From assembly GCA_964418735.1 (NCBI GenBank), contig CAYQMY010000001.1, positions 1 to 36,919 on the forward strand: a stretch of DNA of 36,919 nt, given 5' to 3'. This stretch comes from an uncultured Oscillospiraceae bacterium (lineage in GTDB: Bacteria > Bacillota > Clostridia > Oscillospirales > Oscillospiraceae). The notes beneath the pieces were generated by a model. It saw only the letters and a list, made by a program, of their open reading frames with translations, searched no databases and was not told where the DNA came from. Positions 33,346 through 36,919 of the stretch are shown one piece after another (positions within the stretch are counted from its first letter, which is position 1; the number at the start of each line of letters is the position of its first letter). The position numbers and the translations under genes are program-made.

Positions 33346-33798
33346 ATGATAAAAGATATTTTCCCGCCCACTTCGGAGCGGGTTGCGCTAAATAGCAGCG
33401 ATGTGGCAAACGCGTCAATAAGGGCGGAAACGCTCATGTGCCTAAATATTTTTAAAAACTGCAACGAAAATATGCTAACAGAGAAAATCAGAAGGCTGAG
33501 CAGGGAATGGGATATAGAAAGGGTTCTAGAAACAAACGCAGCCGCACTTATACTTTTAAGCTCAATCAAGGGATTCAAAAAGAGCAAGTGCTTTCTTGTC
33601 ACGGGAGCGGTAAGCTTCTTCCTTCTGCAGCACGCGCTGCAGGGATGGTGCCCTCCGCTTCCGATACTGAGAAAGCTGGGGGTCAGGACGTCTGAGGAAA
33701 TATACAACGAAAAGACGGTGCTTAAAATCCTCAGGGGAGACTTCACGCAGCCCTCGGACAATGTTGAGGAGCTTCTGATGAACGCGGAAAGGCAGTAA
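33346..33798 (+). CDS. DUF2892 (YgaP-like membrane domain) protein
   Basis: Two hydrophobic segments end in QGWCPP, the conserved G-x-C-P signature of DUF2892. The ATG at 33346 lies 7 nt after GAAAGGA. Confidence 0.65.
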   Translation: MIKDIFPPTSERVALNSSDVANASIRAETLMCLNIFKNCNENMLTEKIRRLSREWDIERVLETNAAALILLSSIKGFKKSKCFLVTGAVSFFLLQHALQGWCPPLPILRKLGVRTSEEIYNEKTVLKILRGDFTQPSDNVEELLMNAERQ

Positions 33799-33809
33799 GG
33801 AGAATAAGA

Positions 33810-34028
33810 ATGATTGAACAAAGATTTCCCATTGATGAGCAGGACGATATCTATAACCAGTTCTACAATTTAACATCTGTGGCTTCGACTAATGAACTCA
33901 CAGGACTTACTCCCGCGCTTCCTGTTTCGGAAGAAGAGGTCATAGCTTATGAACAACTCTACAGCATGCCGGTACCAGAGGGTATTGACAACAACAGTAA
34001 AAAAGAAAAGAAAACGAAAGGGAAATAA
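33810..34028 (+). CDS. small acidic hypothetical protein with a Lys-rich tail
   Basis: It has a strong RBS (AAGGAGAA) and sits tightly between two same-strand genes. I recognised no family. Confidence 0.5.
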   Translation: MIEQRFPIDEQDDIYNQFYNLTSVASTNELTGLTPALPVSEEEVIAYEQLYSMPVPEGIDNNSKKEKKTKGK

Positions 34029-34031
34029 ATT

Positions 34032-34382
34032 ATGGGAGTAGTAACCGAACTTACAAACAAATACCAAAAGTGCATAGACGCATGCAATAAGTGCGCACAG
34101 GCCTGTGAGGAGTGTCATATGCTCTGTATGCAAAGCCCCGATGTACAGGCAAGGATTAACAGCATGAAGCTGCTGATGGAATGCGCAGCGATTTGCAGGC
34201 AATCCTCTTGCTTTATGTCAATGGACGCTCAACACTCTAAAAATATGTGTGCCTTATGCGCGGATGTCTGCGATAAATGCGCGATGGAATGCGGAAAGCA
34301 TAAGGACGACCACAGCCAAAAATGTGCCGCCGAGTGCAAGGCCTGCGCCGCCGAGTGCAGGACGATGTCACAAGCGCAGTAA
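34032..34382 (+). CDS. Cys-rich four-helix-bundle protein (DUF326, Csp3/YhjQ-like candidate copper storage protein)
   Basis: It has 18 Cys in 116 aa, arranged in CxxxC/CxxC heptad-like repeats (CIDACNKCAQACEECHMLC ... CALCADVCDKCAMEC ... CAAECKACAAEC). Confidence 0.8.
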   Translation: MGVVTELTNKYQKCIDACNKCAQACEECHMLCMQSPDVQARINSMKLLMECAAICRQSSCFMSMDAQHSKNMCALCADVCDKCAMECGKHKDDHSQKCAAECKACAAECRTMSQAQ

Positions 34383-34401
34383 GCGATATGCGCAAAACAA
34401 A

Positions 34402-34448
34402 AAGAGGGTCGGTATCACACCTCAGAGGTGCGAGATACTGACCCTCTT
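34402..34448. terminator. long hairpin between convergent genes (bidirectional terminator)
   Basis: agagggtcggtatc / gatactgaccctct forms a stem (one G-U position) with an inner cacct/aggtg stem. Confidence 0.65.
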
Positions 34449-34454
34449 CAATTA

Positions 34455-34898
34455 TTAAAACTGTACTCTGGGGATTTGCGCTTCTTTTATGTTCCAGGAC
34501 ATGTTCCATATGTAGGCAGATCCCTTTGTGATTCTGAAGATCACGCAGTTGCTTTTGAAACCAGAGCTTTTGATGTTGTCCCAAAGCCAGGGCCTTTCTC
34601 TGAAGAGCCTTTCCTCAAGTTCCTTGTCCTTGACCTCCTCGGCGATTCCCGTCACATGAAGGGTTTCGAAGTTGATTGGGTCATTAGGATTGCGGATAAA
34701 GGCCACTTCCACCTTTGGATTTGACATAATATGGCGGTAGAGCCTCTTGGCGTCTGAGGTGTGGTAGTAAAAGCCGGTTTCGTCGGCATACCACATCAGC
34801 ATTCCCCGGACATGGGGCTGGTTGTTTTCGCTTGTGGCAAGCCAGCTGGATGGGTTTTGATTTGCAAAAAGTAATACGTCGTTTAATGTAGTGCTCAT
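34455..34898 (-). CDS. pyridoxamine 5'-phosphate oxidase-family (FMN-binding split-barrel) protein
   Basis: It has the pattern SWLATSENNQPHVRGM ... GFYYHTSDAKRLYRHIMSNPKVEVAF, typical of PNPOx-like proteins. A GGGAGGAAAA RBS is present. Confidence 0.75.
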   Translation of the reverse strand: MSTTLNDVLLFANQNPSSWLATSENNQPHVRGMLMWYADETGFYYHTSDAKRLYRHIMSNPKVEVAFIRNPNDPINFETLHVTGIAEEVKDKELEERLFRERPWLWDNIKSSGFKSNCVIFRITKGSAYIWNMSWNIKEAQIPRVQF

Positions 34899-34998
34899 AT
34901 TATTTTCCTCCCGATTAATTTTGTTAACCGAATTTTAACGCTGTTTTTTTGTTTTCACTTTCAAAATTCGGAGGAAAAATGTCATTATTCTGAGATGA

Positions 34999-35898
34999 CT
35001 ATGTATTTTGCAGCTTCTGTCTGTAAGCGGAGGGCGTCATGCGGTATTTTTCAAGAAAGCAGGCGGAAAAGTAGGAGGAGCTGTTAAATCCGCACCGAAG
35101 CGCAATATCCGTCAAGCTCGCCGTTTCGTTAATGAGCATTATACGCGCCTTTTGAAGCCGGAGCAGGTTCAAAAAACCAATGGGTGTATCGCCTGTAACC
35201 GTCTTGAACAGTTTTGAGAAATGCCCGGCGGAAAGACCGACAAGCCCTGCGAGTTCCTCGACTGTTATCTTTTCAGAGAAACGACTGTTCATATATGAGA
35301 TTGCGCGGTCGATTTCAAAGCGGTCGTATAGAGGAACCGAATCACGGGTGTCGGAAATTACCGAAAGCACAGTTAAATGTGTTATAACCTGCACCAGACT
35401 GTCAAGAATTGGTGAAGGGGCCTGTCTGCTTGATTCAAGCATGAAGCAGCGCAGAAGCCCGATAAGCTCGGGGTGCGGAGCAAAGGCCTCTCCGCGAAAA
35501 AGCGGAACTGCTTTTGAGTATTGCGAAAGCACTTCCCGAAAAAGCCCGGCCTCTATCACTATTGCGATATAGCTCTGATAAAAATCCTCTGCGACCTCCT
35601 GATGGGGGATTTCGGGAGACATAGCGGAAAGACACTTGCCCTCGGCGAGGTCGTATGACATATGCCGGCCTTCAACAATAATATCGCTGACAGGCTGAAA
35701 ATAGTAGATGAAGGAGTAGGCCGGATGCGTATGATTCTCCGTCAGCGCATATTCGCACTGACCGCGGGAGGGGATGAAAAGGCTGAGCTTCGGATGCAAA
35801 AAGCAGTCCAGGTTGCGGCTCATCATCTCGGCGGTATGCGCTGTAACGCTCCCAACCAAATTATTTATAATTTCAATCCTTGCGGCGTCGAGCTTCAT
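34999..35898 (-). CDS. AraC-family transcriptional regulator
   Basis: It has the C-terminal double HTH (ITVEELAGLVGLSAGHFSKLFK ... LTDIALRCGFNSSSYFSACFLEKYRMTPSAYR). I prefer the ATG at 35898, after GAGGTGAAG, because the 35964 start overlaps the upstream gene. Confidence 0.9.
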   Translation of the reverse strand: MKLDAARIEIINNLVGSVTAHTAEMMSRNLDCFLHPKLSLFIPSRGQCEYALTENHTHPAYSFIYYFQPVSDIIVEGRHMSYDLAEGKCLSAMSPEIPHQEVAEDFYQSYIAIVIEAGLFREVLSQYSKAVPLFRGEAFAPHPELIGLLRCFMLESSRQAPSPILDSLVQVITHLTVLSVISDTRDSVPLYDRFEIDRAISYMNSRFSEKITVEELAGLVGLSAGHFSKLFKTVTGDTPIGFLNLLRLQKARIMLINETASLTDIALRCGFNSSSYFSACFLEKYRMTPSAYRQKLQNT

Positions 35899-35921
35899 TT
35901 TCTTCACCTCGCTGACGGCGT

Positions 35922-36905
35922 TCAGACGCAGGGGTGGGGGCAATCGGTACATTCGGTGAGACAAGCGGAGGAGATTACCCGAAATTCGTTTCCGTCATTT
36001 AAAATCACGGGCTTATCCTTTCCCTTTTGGCATTTGACGTCTTTAAATGAGACGGATTTCCCGCTGCGGTCGGCTGTGGTGAGCTCAAGATGATTTCGGA
36101 CCAGCTTCCAGCCCTTCTCGGACATGATGTGGACGGGGATTTTCACTCCGACCTGCGCTATGGCGTTCGGCTCGATACTGCTTCTGACAACCTTGGACGC
36201 GCAGGACCAGATAAGATCGGCGTGCTTCTCCATTGAAAGCGCCGCGCTGTCATCTATCCCTGTGGAGCAGAGCCCAAATCTGTATATTGTAACTCCGTCC
36301 TTTTCAAGCTTGGATATTTCGTCCAGTAAAAGATTGTCCATCCATGCTACGGAGACGGCAATTTTCTTATAGCCGAGGGATATAGCAAGCTTAACTCCCT
36401 CAAGCTGATCAATCAAGGCGGTGTGCGGGAAAACAGGGATAATCCCAGCTTCAGCCGCAGTTTTCATGATTTCTTCGGAGGGACTCGAGAGAAACAGCCC
36501 AGTCATGCGCTTGACGGCGCCCTGAGTATTGCTTGAATCAGTCGTAATTATGGTTCCAAGGTTATTGGACACGATGACTGCGGCATCGATAATGCCGCTT
36601 CTGAAAGCGGTGCTCATGGTTTCCGAAGCTCCGAACAGAACATTAGCCTCGCAGGAATTGAGAGGACGGGAGGTGTCAAAGAAGCCGCCCCTTATTACTA
36701 TCTCGTTTATCAGATCGCACATCTTCTCGGTCTGACCGGAGGCGTCTCCCGACTCAACAGACGCTAAAAAGGTTTCGGCGGCCTTGCCTCCGACCTCCTT
36801 TAAGAGCTGTCTCATAAGGGGGCAATAGCGCAGCGGCACGGGGGTGGCCTTTACCGCCTGAAGCTCGCCGTTTATTCTTTTGATAAGCACAAAGCTTCCG
36901 AACAT
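35922..36905 (-). CDS. hypothetical protein, possibly DUF2099-like, with a C-terminal CxxxCxxCxxxC tail
   Basis: It is a long open frame with normal composition. The frame stays open to the window edge beyond the ATG at 36905, so the true start may lie off-window. The family name comes from memory only and is low confidence. Confidence 0.6.
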   Translation of the reverse strand: MFGSFVLIKRINGELQAVKATPVPLRYCPLMRQLLKEVGGKAAETFLASVESGDASGQTEKMCDLINEIVIRGGFFDTSRPLNSCEANVLFGASETMSTAFRSGIIDAAVIVSNNLGTIITTDSSNTQGAVKRMTGLFLSSPSEEIMKTAAEAGIIPVFPHTALIDQLEGVKLAISLGYKKIAVSVAWMDNLLLDEISKLEKDGVTIYRFGLCSTGIDDSAALSMEKHADLIWSCASKVVRSSIEPNAIAQVGVKIPVHIMSEKGWKLVRNHLELTTADRSGKSVSFKDVKCQKGKDKPVILNDGNEFRVISSACLTECTDCPHPCV

Positions 36906-36919
36906 TCTCGTGATATGGA

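Noticed and set aside
33339-33821. 160-aa minus-strand ORF mirroring the DUF2892 gene
   Set aside because: It has the same span as the + strand ORF. The + strand product has an RBS and the G-x-C-P DUF2892 signature. The antisense product is Ser/Leu-rich with no start context.
1-36919. Scan for CRISPR arrays, tRNA/rRNA genes, prophage or defence-island hallmarks, and toxin-antitoxin pairs
   Set aside because: I found no regularly spaced direct repeats and no cloverleaf-like or rRNA-like segments in intergenic regions. I found no integrase, terminase or capsid genes, and no nuclease/ATPase/methyltransferase combinations. All large ORFs are accounted for by metabolic, transport or envelope functions.

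Overview
This window looks like chromosomal DNA from a Gram-positive, probably spore-forming anaerobe of the Clostridia type. The evidence is a lipoprotein-type TRAP binding protein, an SLH-domain protein, PBP5-type and gamma-D-Glu-mDAP-type cell-wall enzymes, and an Acetobacterium-type rnfC2-metV-metF methylene-THF reductase. No rRNA, tRNA, CRISPR array, transposase, integrase or recognisable defence genes were seen. The window is mostly metabolic. (1) Bases 1-14105 (+) hold a 15-gene co-directional array. Its core (1873-8141) encodes an SDR, a 3-hydroxyacyl-CoA-dehydrogenase-fold enzyme, a cyclase-family hydrolase, a BKACE/DUF849 enzyme, thiolase and CoA-transferase A/B. That is the enzyme-family set of the TAL-type anaerobic phloroglucinol degradation pathway. 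The core is flanked by unassigned genes: two FAD flavoproteins, three cupins (two of them tandem metal-site paralogs) and a TRAP transporter. I consider these the best candidate for an undescribed feeder pathway. (2) 14214-17728 (-) is rnfC2-metV-metF, with a MetV-like module duplicated at the RnfC N-terminus. (3) 18049-19056 (-) is an isolated radical SAM/SPASM-like gene. (4) 19233-23220 (-) is a GntP-type permease, a family III CoA-transferase, a crotonase and a MaoC dehydratase, with no assigned substrate. (5) 25538-27075 is an SLH-protein gene bracketed by about 135-bp inverted repeats, each a chain of five hairpins, with a 60-bp perfect core. (6) 27138-36919 carries cell-wall enzymes, small membrane and Cys-rich proteins (DUF378, DUF2892, a Csp3/DUF326-like bundle), a FAD-Rieske fusion, a PNPOx-family protein, an AraC regulator and an unassigned 327-aa protein. 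All family calls come from motifs read by eye in the supplied translations; no database search was run.
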